Origin: Cycas panzhihuaensis
Taxonomy: Eukaryota > Plantae > Cycadophyta
Assembly (NCBI GenBank): GCA_023213395.1
Contig: CM041465.1
Span: forward strand, 195,245,741 to 195,309,740
Direction of reading: 5' to 3'
DNA: 64,000 nucleotides
The translations under genes were made by a program, and so were the position numbers. Below, piece after piece: positions 32,691-46,944 of this stretch (its first letter is position 1; each line of letters starts with the position of its first letter). The notes under the pieces were generated by a model. That model did not search any database, had not been told where the DNA came from, and saw only the letters and a list, made by a program, of their open reading frames with translations.

Positions 32691-34857
32691 TATTGTTGTC
32701 ATCTTTTTTGTATGTAATGCATACAACCTTCAAATTTTACTTTTTTTTTTCACTAAGTTTAATGTCCTACTAGATGTGCATACTATTGTCACTATCACGA
32801 GTTTATTTTTATGAAATACAGATAGTCTTGATTATTTTCTTATTTTCAAATCATTTTAAAATTACATTAAAAATAAAAAAATAAAAAAAACAAAACATTT
32901 TATTAAATTTTTTGAGGAATATGGATTTATTTCTTGAGAAATACATCTTATTCCTCTTCTTATTTAAATATATTTAGATGGACCAAGGGGCATACCTTCA
33001 ATGGATTTTGCATTATTTCCCAAGAATTAATGTTCCCTCTGGTCTTGTGCACCTCACTCTTTACTTTAAAGTTATAAATAAACATTGTGGGTTTTACCTT
33101 CAAGGCATATAGTTTGCCTTTATAGTAGCCTTTAATTAACATATCATTGATTACCTAATCCTTTTCCTTTTAGAAGTTGAGGGCATAATCCACTGAACTT
33201 CTTTCTTCTTTTTGTATATTTTTCTTCTCGATACATCAATGTTGTTTCGCGCATCTTAATTATTAGTTCTTATTTCCTTTCTCTTTTCTTTCATTTCCTA
33301 TACATGGAAATAACATTTTGCTTCTACTTTATTAAGTGATGTTTTTTGAACTTTTACATTTTCTTCTTTTCTAGTTACGTACATTTGCATTTAAATTTCA
33401 CATTTCCTTATAAATCTTAACTTAATTGTATTTACAATCTCTTCTTTGAAATGTTCAACTATCAAAATGATTAGTTCTTAGCATTTTGTCTTCTCTCTTT
33501 ATATATGATTATTCTCTTCTATCAATTGTCATGTCCTCTTTTGTGTTCTTATTAACTTGCTAATTATTACCATGTCTTTGGCTTAGCCCTATACCATTTT
33601 TATTAACAAGGCATCTTGTGGAAATCTAAGTCCATCCATGACTGCTTAGATTTTATGAGACTTTAATGGAGATCTTATTAAAGTTATTCGAAATTACCAC
33701 TAATGACTTGGTTAAGTATGAAGTTATCATTATTGTAATGTGATTCATTGTTCATTAAATATGCAGTATGTTCTTTACTAAAACTCCTAGCTATTAGTTG
33801 ATCAAGTTATGGGTAGTTATTACTTCTAAAACCTTATTTTAGCCTCTACTTTATGCTATATTTATTATCTAGCTCACTTTTGTACTCTTTTACTATGATA
33901 CATATCCCATTCTTGTAGAACACTAAAGTAAACTACTTTACTAATATGATTTTAAATGGCCATCATTAACCATCCTTTGTATAGGTTAGTGTACATAGTG
34001 GCTTACATGATTTTTCTTTTTATTTCTTTTTACTTGACTTTCCCTTTAGAGGTTGAATGATTTCCTCCTATAGGAACATAGTCATAAGTAATTTTTTATA
34101 ATATTTTTCTTTGTTTAAGAGTCAAAAGAGCTTCTAGGACCTAAAGCCAATTCTCCCCCCATGAACTAACCTTAGGTCATAAGGATTAGTCAGCTACCTT
34201 TATGGAGAACTCATTTCTACCTGTGTTTATAAATTATTACTTGTATATTAATGGTAGTTATAGGCTGGCTTAGTTTCACCTTCCCTAAAATTTCCACAGC
34301 TTTCTTTTAGTAATATGGAGTCATGAGAACTATGTGATGATTGTGATAGTCACCATATTAGTCATTATTGTGATGGGTTACTTCTTTTTTAAGTGAGTGT
34401 AGATAACACTACTTAGTATATAACTCATGAGTGAATAATGAGAAATATAGGATGAAGACCTTATTTTTTAAATATTACTGACTATTAGGTACTAGTATAT
34501 TGTTATCAATAAAATTGAGTTCATTCTCCTTTAATCAATTAGATATAGGTCTTCTTATTTATTCCACTAAGATTTATTATGTTTAGATTGCCTTCATCAT
34601 GTTTCTACTTAGCTTGAGTGTTATTCACCCCAATCCTCAACTATTGTAGCCATGTTTTATGTTAATTTCAATTTTATTTTGAATATTCTAATTTTAAATA
34701 ATGTTGGGTACATAATCTAGATTCTTCTAACACTTAGTTTCCCTTCCTTAGGTTCCACACAAGTCACCATTATGGAATCTAATAGGTACCATTAAACTAA
34801 TTAGCTGGAAGAGTTTGTTTCACCTTACCCACAAATATTTATCTCTTATCTCTTCTT

Positions 34858-37800
34858 TGTTGGACGTGGTATGGCAATGATACCATATTTTTGAGAATGG
34901 AAGAAATAAGATAATAATTAATAGACAAAAATAAGACTTTCTATTCTATTCACTTTATAAAATATACATACATTTATAAAATATCCTCATACATGTGTGA
35001 GATCTCCAAAAGTTAACTTTGATGGGTTGGCATAAATATCAACTTACGCACTTATATACTTTTCATAGTCACTATAATATAATGTTCATGAAATATTCAA
35101 GTCATATATGAGTATAGTTAAGATTAATGAATTAAACACTAGTGAAAATATTATGCTAATATTTCTCCCCTTTAATGTTTAATTCATTAACTTGATTATG
35201 CTATCTTTATTGCTCCATCTTTTTCTATTATATTTATATCAAGTTATTCTAACTTTCAACAAGTTTGTTGGTGTCCATATAAAGAAAACTCCACCTATTG
35301 ATCTACATGGGTAACAAGTCATTGTAGCTACTAGTTTACTAGGTAGCTCCTTTGGTTATATGGTTTAGTTAGTAACATATTAGCTATACTTTCAGAAAAT
35401 GATATCCTATATGGCTACTTAAGTATGTTGTAAAATAGATGTGTAAAGATAACATTAAAATTGTCCAATCTCTTCTGAATAGGACTATGATAGCTTATTT
35501 AATATTCAATGGTTGAAAATACATAAGTGGACTTTATGGCCTCACAAATTTACCTATGGGGCTGACATAAACATTGACTCTAATATATGTGGTCTTAATA
35601 AAGGTAATTATAATAAGGCCCCAAGTATGAGAATTTCCATCATACTTTAAAGGGCATAAGGACAATAATATATTATTATTTTTTAAAGTAGTATACATCA
35701 ATCACATACTTTGATTCTAAAGCCATTACATATTAGAATTTTATTTAAATATATATTCATGTATCATGCTCATATATCCTAAGGAGAGTCTCATATCGAA
35801 AACAAATATTTAACCATACTTAAAAAAGGAAATACATTAAGGATATTAGCCATTTATTTCTATTGCTTACCACTCTTGTCATCATCAATCACCTATTGTT
35901 ATTATAATTATCTTCATATGGCTCCCTCTTTGTCACACATTTAGACAATATAATATAATACCTTTACAAAGTCTTATATTCCACATCATTATGAATAATG
36001 TTTTAAAAAGTCATCAATCATTTATAAGGTGCCAAAAAACATGTGGATTAATTTTAAAGTAATTTTGTGTGATTGGATTTCATTCATCAATCACCATGTA
36101 AGGTGGTGATACAAACTCATTAATTTTGGCCTTTTAGGCCTAACATAGCATAAAAAAGTAATGCATTAATTAAGTGTATGTATCATTTAAAAAATTGGTT
36201 GAATTTTGAACATGACTTTTACTTACAAATAAGAATCAAAAGTTGGTTATGTTATGACTAATTTCAAAGGAAATAGAGCCAAGATTCTAATGCAACTGAT
36301 ATGATTAAAAATAGGTCTCATATGTGAAATATTTAATGGAAAATATGTAACGAGGTATATAAAAAGTTAAAATTCTTTAGAAATGGTCTTTAGCCCCCTT
36401 TCCACTTGGTGCTTGGTTGTATTAACTCTCTACATAAACACTGACTAATAGACTAAGGGTTTTATAAAACTCAAAAAGTTATGAAATTTAATTCAATTTT
36501 TAAAATACATTTCAAAATTTAAACTTTTGAAAAGAAAATTATTGCATGTTTTCTCTTGTATTTTTTAGTGATGACCATGGTAGTGAGGGTTTCAAACTCT
36601 AACATGCATTCAATATACATACCTTAAAAGGTCTCTGCATTTGAGTTTGACATCATTAGATCCATCCCTTATCAAAAGAGAAACTTCCTTGGCTAATGCT
36701 ATTCATAGTGATAAATACACATGCAAGATATAGAGGATGCAATAACCTATAAAAGATGGAAAATATGTGGGGATAGGAAAGCAACCATGAGCTTTTAGTA
36801 AGCATGGCCATCTAATTGACTTTAGCACAACCAAAGGATATTTAGTTAATGGAATGCTACTCATATTTATTACAAACTAGGATAAAATTAGATTAGACCT
36901 ACTCTATGTATTTATTAGGCATGACATATAAAATACTTAAATTTGACTCTATAGTGGACTCCCCCATACATATTTATTAGGCATCATAAAGGTAAAATAT
37001 TTAAATACACTTAAGATACACAATCATAGTAAGACATAATATTAAGTATCAATACATAACACAAAGTCAAAGATGCCTTCACTTTACTCCACTCATAGTA
37101 TTATGTGGCTTTATTTGGTAGCTTCATATTTAGAATTGACATCCCATGATTCTATGACATCTAGGGTTTGACTAAAAAGAGATGTTAGTTGACTAATTAA
37201 GCACTTCAATGTCTCTACATCCTCAAATAAATAAACAAATACTAGAGTAATATTAGGGAATCATTTCTCATTCTTGAACATCTTCCTTCTTAAAGTAATA
37301 AAAAATGCATATAGAAAAAAAATCATAGAATTATTTACTAGTATATTAAATCTCTATCCTTTTCGATATAATAGACATCCCGTGGAAGTAACATTAGATT
37401 TACTGATAAGACCCATTTTATGTTCTAGATAGATAATCAATACATTTTCTACCTTAAATTAAATAAGAAATAGAATACTTAAGAAACATAATAAGGAGGA
37501 TTAAGGGCTGAATACATCTATAAGCATTTTTTAAGAATGGAGTTTTACATCCTAAAACTAAAATAAATGGTTGCATCTCCTTCATAGCCAATATAATCAA
37601 AACCACCCATTAGACTAAAAAAAATAGAATGCATTGAAATGAATTCTCTATTTTTTGAAACTAATACAACCCATATTTGTGAGCTATAGGGATGGCAAGT
37701 CCCATGTATTCACGTTTACACCAATGGGCCTTTTTTTAAAGTGTTCATATTATAGTTCTAAATTTACAAGCTCTTTAAATTTATCTACTAGCACTAATTA

Positions 37801-38098
37801 AAATACTTGTTGCCACTTGAATCCTCCATTAACTTTTGTAAAAATATTTTATAAAAAATAATTATAACATAAAAGTTATACTTCAATGAAAGAAATTTCT
37901 CCTAGTTATGAAACTACTTCACTTAATGCAGGACTCTCATATCAAATGGGTGATCTCGAAAGGGATGAAAGATAATTTGGTATACTCTAACAACAATTGT
38001 TGGATGTTGTATGGTAATGATATCATATCTTAGAGATGGAGTAGATAAGATGATAAATGAGATAAAAAATAAAGTTTATATTCTATTCACTTTACAAA

Positions 38099-38138
<40 letters not shown>

Positions 38139-38340
38139 ATTTTTACACGTGTGAGATCTCCAAAAGTTAGCTTTGGTGTGCTTTTGGTAGATTGATGAAT
38201 ATATCAACTTGCTTACTTATATACTTTTCATAGTCACTATAATATAACATTCATGAAATATTCAAATAGTACATGAGCATGAAGGGAGAATCTTAGTCAA
38301 TATTAATGAATTAAATATTAATGAAAATATTATGCCAACA
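34858..38340 (-). mobile_element. Internally deleted, heavily decayed Ty1/Copia element with both LTRs
   Basis: LTRs 34858-35161 and 37998-38340 (TGTTGG...CCAACA/CTAATA), TSD TTCTT at 34853-34857 and 38341-38345, PPT rc tttctcccctt at 35162, decayed PBS rc actctaacaacaat before 37998; faint Copia RT/gag remnants inside. Confidence 0.85.
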
Positions 38341-39411
38341 TTCTTATTTCTCAAGTAGTCATCTAGGAATATAATATTTATTTAGCCTACCTATACCCTA
38401 AATCTTATGTAAAAAATATTTTAGAATTTTTTGTCTAAGTAGAGTGATAAGTATTCCTATTCTTGAGGATTTTAATTATTTATATTTAACCTTTTTTATA
38501 AAACTTTCTTAGTATTACCATCAATTCTCATATTTTCTTCTAATTATTTCCCTATCTATTTACTTTGGCTAAATTAAATATTTGATTCACATTATAGTCC
38601 TCTTAAGTCAATTAAGTCATCATTTAGTTATGAAGAGGAAATAAGGGTTTCTAACTAATTTCTTTTTTTGACTTTATTCCTAAATTAGATCAAATCATAC
38701 AATTCAACACCAAAGGAGTCAAAATGCCATTGAGTAAAACTTGAGAAACTCTCTTTACCTATTTAGTTATTGAACTGACATCACTCTAGTTTTAAGATTA
38801 GGGGAATTTCTTGCTTTTACATAAAGTTAAGCCTTTATTCTAAGCCCATTCACAAGGAGCTTTTCATCCTTTATTTAATGGATGCTTTATCTAAATGAGA
38901 ACCTTTCATTTTTATTTATAATAGTAATCATATAACTTTGGTTTAAATATTATTTCTACTCTAATTCTAACATCTCCTTATTCTTGTTTAAGTTGATGGT
39001 GATACCTTATACTTTGAAGTAGTTCCATAGTTTTTTGCTTCACCTTTAGCACTCATTAGTTTTAATAGAAATTTCCCATAATGTATTTATTTTGATAATA
39101 TTTTCTTCTAATAGCCCATTTTTATAACTAATATTATATTTTAGTTTTAAGAAATTTCTATTATTCTTAGTAGAAAGGGATTTGCTAATAATTATTCCAT
39201 ATTAGGGATGCAAATCCAACTTCCACCTTAGGTAAGGAAGGAGGGGAGAAACATTTGTTAAATACCTCGATTCTCATGAAAAGGGTATAATATGTATGCA
39301 TCTACAATAGTGTTTATAGTTTAGGGTATTACAAAAACAAATAGTAGATGGGTTCCTATTATATTTTTGTTAGATTAACCTTAGACATTAAGGAGAGGAC
39401 TGCTTAGAGGT

Positions 39412-39561
39412 AATCATGAAGTAAGCCAGTCTATGGATTTGGCCTAATTCAATGTAAAGTTATTTGGAACTGAGAACTAAAGGAGACAATCATGAAGTGA
39501 GTTAGTCTATGGATTTAACTTAGTTCAATAGAATGATGTTGGGAACTGATAACTAAAGGAG
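39412..39561. repeat. Two-copy tandem duplication, period 76 bp
   Basis: aatcatgaagt...gtctatggattt...ggaactga.aactaaaggag occurs at 39412 and 39488; the surrounding 38.3-42.2 kb looks like decayed LTR sequence but could not be assigned. Confidence 0.8.
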
Positions 39562-42500
39562 TGTAATAGTCTATTGACTAAAATATACCTCTTTGGTATA
39601 CCTACACCCAACCTCATTTATGACTAACTTAGTGAAGAAAAAGAGCAAAAAATATCTTCACAAAGGGTGTAAGACAATGCATATGTATTCCTTAGATTGT
39701 ACGCAACCATTAGAGAATAACATAACCCTCCTAAGGAGCATGGCTCTAAAAGGATAAATGAGAGAAAATTGATACCTGGGGCCTAAGATTGGCTTATGTT
39801 ATTAAGGGTATAAAGTCCTAAGACATATCTATCCCCTCCTAAGGAGCAAGCATGAATTATTGGAGAGAAAAAGGAAGCAAACAACAAAATCTATAATGAA
39901 AGTAAGAATGTAATTTTATTTTAATAAAAATAACAACTCATATATCAACATGCATGCATAAGGAAATGAAAAAAATATTATTTATAATATGAATAAAAAT
40001 AAAATAAGGGACAAATTATTACAAATATAAAGGGGCATGGTGTTACTAACTACTTGTAAATTCTAAATATTTTTTAAACTATTATAAAAATAAAATCACA
40101 AAATAGAAACTCATAATAATAGTGTCCTTTCTAAGGAATACATGAAAATAATGACTTATGTGGATATTATTTTTAGGGGATTGATAATCCATCCTCAAGC
40201 AATAAGTCATCTCTTTTAATTATTTATTAGATAGGTTATAGTAGAAATGCCAAAACTTAGATAACTAATAGAGAATATGCTCCATATTTAACTAGAAAAT
40301 TAAGGCAAACTCTTCAAAATGTAAAATATTTATTAGTATTTAAAAGAAATTATAATGTATAAACACCTTCAAGCAAAAGAAAGGAAATAAGTGACAAATA
40401 GAATAAAGAGAAGGAGTTAACTGATTCTCACCTAGATATGCTCTATTTAGTATAGACTTAATTTTAGAGGCAATCCCCTACTCCATATCTTTATTTTTTA
40501 ACATATTTTTCTTTTATATTTTTTCCATTCACCTTAGTTTGCCTTCATTAAGGACTAATAATCATAGTAGATTAGTGGGACCATAACTCCATAGTTAAGT
40601 TTAGAGCTAAGTGAAATGGAAAAAAAAAAGAGTAGAAAATATACTAATTTCTAATAAAATTTTACTAGCATATCTTCTATAAAACTAAGTTATGATGGAG
40701 AAGTGATTAGAGAAAACCTTGAAAATGCTACAAAGTGGTAAAAAAGCAAAAGGAAAAACTATGGTATTATAAGAATTTAGGCAATAATTTCCCCTTATAA
40801 AACCCATAGTTAGCAAACCCACCCAATTACTAAATGAGTGAGTGCCAAGTTTGTCCTATAGAAAATTAGGTAAATTATAATTCTTATAATGCATTAGCAT
40901 AAGATAAAATTATAAATACATAAACTTTTACAAACAAAAAGCATCAACATAAAGAAGGTCTCAAATAAATCATGCACATTTAAGTGTTGATGAATAATTC
41001 TATACCATCATCTTAAACTTTTTGTGTAAACTTGATCATGATGAAAATAGATATGGGAAATTTCAACTCATAAATATGGGCAGAGAAATAAATGTAGAAG
41101 AATATGAAGAAGGATAAAGGAAAAACTTGTTGTGAATTATAAAAAAGAGAGAAATCTCACCAAATAGACTAATGAGAAATAATAGAGTTTGAGTTTATAC
41201 ACATGCCTTATTGACAAGTTTTATGGGAGTAACGAAAGGTGTGTAGTCCTTGCTTATAAATCTCAAACTATGAACTTTAAGATGTACTTATTGGACATGA
41301 GCTTTAATTAGATTTTTAATAATATAATCTCTCTTTCACCTTTTTCTCCCTTTGGAATTAGAAATAATGGCCTATTTGTAAAAGAAAAAAAGCAAAGGGT
41401 AGGGGGGAGGGAAGGGGCATCATAAAGGACAAAGCTAGGCCAATGACCAAAGTCATGAGTTGACCCATAATTTTTGGTTATCAATTTAGCTAAAATATGA
41501 AAAAATAGTCATAATCAATGTTAATTAACCACTAGGGCCAAGCAGAGACAAACTTAAAATGGGCATAACTTTCTTATACAATGTTTGTTTTAGGCATTCA
41601 ACCACCTATTTTGAAGATATTCAGAAGCTCTACACTATAAGCTATATGGAGCAACCAATATATATTAATTAGTAGGTTAATATTATATAAAAATATAAAC
41701 AAATAGTACTAAGACGTTAACTGAGAGTGTTTTGGTAATTTTCAATAATTTTGAAGTATAGGTGATATTTTATACTTATGTAGGAGTGGGATTTGTAGTT
41801 TTGGCTTGTATAAGAGCATGAATATTTCAAAATATTTTATCAGTTATGCATTAAATCCCTTAGGTTATCTACCTCATTAGAGAGTTTATACATATTCACA
41901 CACCATAATAATAACAAATATGTTTATTCATCTATAAAAAGTATTAAAATAATACTTACAATATGGAAACTAAGATGATTTTGGGCTAATGACACAAAAT
42001 TAGGGAAACATTTACCTTGATAACAATGGAGGTTATTTAAACTAGTGTTGTAAGATGTTGATTGTTGTCAATATTACCCCATGTGATTTTCTACTAAGAG
42101 TTTAATATTGGTCAACAATATGTTATAAATGTTATTTAAGGATCTTTTTAACTAGGTAATCTATCTCTAAGTTATAAGCTCATGGAATATGAAGGATAAA
42201 AGCTGATGAGAATTAAGTAAGGAAGAACTTGGCTATATTAGTAAATATGTGGAGTTAAGGGGAATGCACTTGATAGACTTGCGTTAGTTAGTAGATAACT
42301 AGGAGTGATTCTATAAAAACTAGAATACAAATATTATGTATTTGAAGTGACTTAATTAAAGACACTATGATTGTAATATATTCAACTAAGTTATTGGTTG
42401 CAAATGGGATGAATAGTCCAACATTTGATATCATTTGACTTAGATGGTCCTGAATGATCTAGGTAATAGTAAAAGGTCAAAAGTTTCCTTTGTTTTCCTT

Positions 42501-44686
42501 ATTATTGTAAATAATTAAAACCATATGGAATGTGGCAATGACTTAGAGGCATTTTGCTTGGATAGTAGTTTTATAAATAAGGGAAGATATAGGAATTAAC
42601 AAGGTAGGAGGATAATCTAGTCATAAAGACATTTTAAGGCTTAGTGGGTGCTTTGATGGTATTAGTTGTGAAATGCATAAATGGAGTTGGTTAACCCATA
42701 ATAACTTATTCATCTTGGACTTTTAACAATTGTTTTAACAAAACTTAGGTCTTACTATCTTATAAGACTATTTCCTATTAACTTAACCATAGGCTTGTTT
42801 AGGAAATTCATTAAGGTGCCCCCTTCATAATGGTCTTTGAGTATTATTTTTAGGGAAATACATGGAAGGGTTTATTGAGATTTCACCAAATAGATTGCTG
42901 AGTGGTTATTACTACAAGTATTAGTTGGGAGCATTTATTAAGTTTGAATTTAGTTGATAGTATTAGATGGCCTAGGAGCTTAGGTGAGGTATGGGATAAG
43001 GTTATTAGGCTAGGGCAACAAAGGCCATTAATAAGCAAGTGCTATCAACTTTGTTCTGTTATGTGGCTATCTCTTCCTATCCTTGTAAATATAATCACAA
43101 AGATCTCAAGCTTGGTTACCAATTTTAATAGTACACATATGTGATATCTTTTATGGATGGTTTCTTACTTTGAGTGCATTTGAATTGGATGTTAGTGATT
43201 TGGTCAATAAAGGGAAAAGGAAAGTTTATCTTTTGGGTAAACATAATTGATATTCTTGAAATTGATGCATGTGTATATTATGGTACTTTTCTTATTGATT
43301 GGAATAATGTTAGAGAGACTCAACACAAGTAGTTAATGGATTCAATCAGACCAACATGAAGGACATTTTTATACCTCCATCTTTATAGCTATAGAAATAT
43401 TATGATAGATGGATTGTTGGTTTTGCCTTATAAGTTTAGTGCTTGGAAGGCATTAATATTTAGAATGACTATGTTTAGTTCAATTCCTTTTATATTAGTT
43501 TAGTACTAGGTGAATATATCTTAGAATTCCTTAAAATGCTCTATGTATTAGGTAATCTCCTCTAGGGTGCATTCTTCTCCCACCTTAATGACCTTAGGCA
43601 TGCCACTGATGTTAAGATTAATATCAATTATTTCTCCTAGTTATATGATGTTTTCTTTTTTGAAGTAAGTAGGGGCCTCATTTATGGTGGGAGTCAAATC
43701 ATTATTCAAAGTGGTTAGAGTGGCTAGAGGAGAGTATGATATGATGTTCTTTTCAAATCCCAAATTATGGTGGTTGGATGATAGGTTAGGGCTAGTGGAA
43801 ACTAATAACTTAAGGAGGGCTTTGTCATTCTTAGAATAGTTTATACCTTAAATAAGCTTCTTAAGGTGGCATATTATAGGTAAGCCTATGTTAGCACTAG
43901 CTAAGGTATTGATTAAAGGCTTATTAACCCTAAAGGATTATTATGGTAAATGACCATTCTTATTATATTGATAGTTTGGGCATATTCTTATTTATTTAGG
44001 TCTAATAAAATAATGAAGTTATAGTGATCTATACCTATAGGTGCAAAGTTAGGCTTATGTGGCTCTTCAATGAACAATTTTAATTTCTTAGGGGTTGTGT
44101 CCACTATGGGTACAAATTCCTTTTAGAACTTGGTTTATCTTTTGACTATGGACTATCCCATCTTAGATAAACTTTAGCTTTCTAAATATCGAGGAGCATA
44201 TGGCATTCATTTGATTAATCCATGACTTAATTAATAAAGGATTATAGTCTAGATCAACATTGATAAGTGTGATCTTAGTCATTACTATCTTTTATTCTAG
44301 TTTAATTGGTATGCTAGCTATCCCGACTGAGTTTTTTATATTTGATCGTAGGCCTAACAGACCCAATTCATTGTGTTATATACTAAAATTCTTAATATTT
44401 CCAACTACTTAGAAGGCATAACATTAATAGAATATTCTAAGTCTACAATTATTTTATTGAGCTAATAAATGTTAGTTTTGATGGAGATATAGAATAGTGA
44501 AGAGATAATAAGGTCTCTTCCTTGTTCACTTAGGAGTTTAAAGGGGTTAAAAGTAATCGGGGGTTGAATAAACCATTTCCCTATAACAAACCCCTAATAG
44601 CTTTTTAAAAGAAAGTGTTTTTACAAGATAATTTATAATAAGGAACTATGTTGGTTGAACTATAACAAACATAGCTTAATGCTTGT

Positions 44687-45009
44687 TGTCACAGGCTATC
44701 ATTACACCAAAATCCTTGTGGTAATTTGGGAAGAGGACTTCTTTGTGATAGTTAGTGTCACACGCTCTAACACTCCCCCATCACGAGGAGTAGGCTGTAC
44801 CTACATGACATGCATACCCACCACAACGTTCCTTGGTGCCACCCCCAACACCTTCACATATCTCTGGGGGGACTACCGTGGTACACAGGACTAATTTTAA
44901 ACCCTAGTCACTTTGATACCACTTTTCACAGGCCGTTGTTATACCAAAAGCCCTGGGGTGATTTGGGAAGAGGACTTCCTCATGGTAGTTAGCGTCACAC
45001 ACTCCAACA
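44687..45009 (-). mobile_element. 323-bp TRIM (terminal-repeat retrotransposon in miniature)
   Basis: 86-bp LTRs at 44687-44772 and 44924-45009; TSD CTTGT at 44682-44686 and 45010-45014; PBS rc ctttgatacca 44911-44921; PPT rc ctccccc 44773-44779; 151-bp non-coding interior. Confidence 0.93.
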
Positions 45010-46348
45010 CTTGTTGCTTGAAAGAATAAGAGCTTTTGTAAAATACACTCTCTTATTCACTTAGGAGTTTAGAAGGGTCAAAAGTAATTAAGGGTTGAAG
45101 TGTGGTTCAACCTTTATATAACTTTATTATGGTTCATAGTCCTAGTGTCCCTATTATTGAAACTACATAGTTAATTTTGAAGTTGCCTTAGGTATTTAAG
45201 TTATCTTCAATTTTTAAGTGGCTTCATGTTTATCCTTAAGATTATGATTCCCTCCAATGACTTAACAACTGAGGTGAGAGAGCCATAAATTATATCTTAA
45301 TTAGGAGGTTTGGGGTTTTGCTTTAGTTCTAGTCTATCATAATGGTAATAATGTCTATTTAGCTATTTGAGACCTACTTGTACTTTCATAAACTCTAAGG
45401 TAAAACACTTGGCAATGACATCCCCATAGGAGGTAGGAACCATTTTAAGAAATTCATCTTCGATTTATCACCTTAAAGTATTAGTAAAGATGTCAAAGAG
45501 TAGGCTATCTGGTAAAGGGAATTTAATACAGTGCACCAAGTCCTATAATCATCCAATAAAGTCTTGACTAGACTCCTCCTCCTCTTGTTTAATAGTGAGT
45601 AGGGCCTTAATCCTATTGTCAAAAGGTTTAACTATATTAGAGTAGCATACAATAACATTAACTTACTACTAGAAAGTAAATAAGGAGTTTTGTGGTAGTT
45701 GATATAACTACTTTAGGGCATCCCCTTGAAGTGACCTAGAAAATAATTTAAGGATAATGAAATCATATGTCGTGTTATCTATACATGCTAAGATGGAGAC
45801 CCTAACATGCTCAATCTAATATTGATTAACAATCTTATTAAATTTAGGTAATTTAAGAATCTTCATAAGGAGTATGGCCCTTAGTGTATATTAGGATAAT
45901 AGGTTGATTTTATAGTCTATATAAGACCTTCAGTTGACCCATGTCAAAGGGGTGATAACAACAAAAGGGTTTTAGGCTTATTGGGAAACCATGTCCCCTA
46001 TATAAATAAGTGTTTCATAGGAACTAGTTTGGAATAAAAGGTATTAGACATTTTGAGGGATGCCCATATTTGGCTAGCCACCTTTAGCACCTTATATTTG
46101 ACAATTTATGAATGAGTTATTTTAAGATGACATGCTTGGTTAGGTCTCATAAGTAGGCCTAACAGGTTGAGAAATATTTATAGCTTAGTTAAAAAGGCAT
46201 AATAACTAGCCTGAATGGAGTCCCTTATAGGTTGATTAACCTAAATAAATATTGTGAATAAGGATTTTAGGGTGTATTAGTTTACTACAATATGGGATTC
46301 CAAGGTTAGTTGGGAATACCAATTGAACTAGGGTAGTGCTATTAGATA

Positions 46349-46944
46349 TGTTGAACACTTTGCAAGTGTTACATGGGTATATGCGTTACACTTGAGCCCC
46401 TTTATAGGGTCAGGGGGCTCATTGTAGGGCCCTCGGTTAGGGGGTCTAGGGGACCAATAGCCCCTAGGTGGGGGTTCGAGGCGGTAGCCCCTGAGAAAAA
46501 TTTTTGGGTGTTTTATAGGGGTCTTTGTCAGCCCATGGTGTATGCCTATTGTATTGTAAAACCACAAGGCAGTATCTTGTAATGTTATGTTTATATATTC
46601 TTATGTAATGACACATGTAACAGATGGTCATGGATGAGTCGATGAGAAGAGTTAGGGTTTATTCATATCTATAATTCTTTAGTTATTACTCATATTAATA
46701 AAAGGTCTATGCTTAGACCTGAATCTCTTGGTGTTCTTTATTGAGTGCTTGGTTTGTTTATACTATTTGTTCTTTTCATGGTTTAAAGTTCTGTTATTGC
46801 ATTGCTTCTACAATTACATTTTCTCTTGAAGTACCACATTTTTTGAGTCATTAGATTTTTAGGGATTCCTATGTTCACAAATGTGTTTTATGGGTTTAGT
46901 ATATTTATTTATGATTTGGTCCTTGCATAAGGATTCTAAGTATA
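46349..46944 (+). mobile_element. Probable solo LTR (~600 bp) inserted in the old Tat gag region
   Basis: Starts TGTTGAAC, has GC-rich GGGG..CCCC hairpin motifs, an AATAAA and a T-rich tail; possible TSD AGATA (46344-46348 / 46945-46949). Right end uncertain. Confidence 0.5.

Noticed and set aside
32900-34800. Antisense accessory ORF relic after the old integrase, analogous to the PMD gene
   Set aside because: Composition (E/K-rich on the minus strand) is suggestive but no motif could be read.
44687-45009. CRISPR-like repeat-spacer-repeat or a 5S rRNA gene
   Set aside because: Only two 86-bp repeats with PBS, PPT and TSD, so a TRIM; 5S similarity is limited to ~10 nt.
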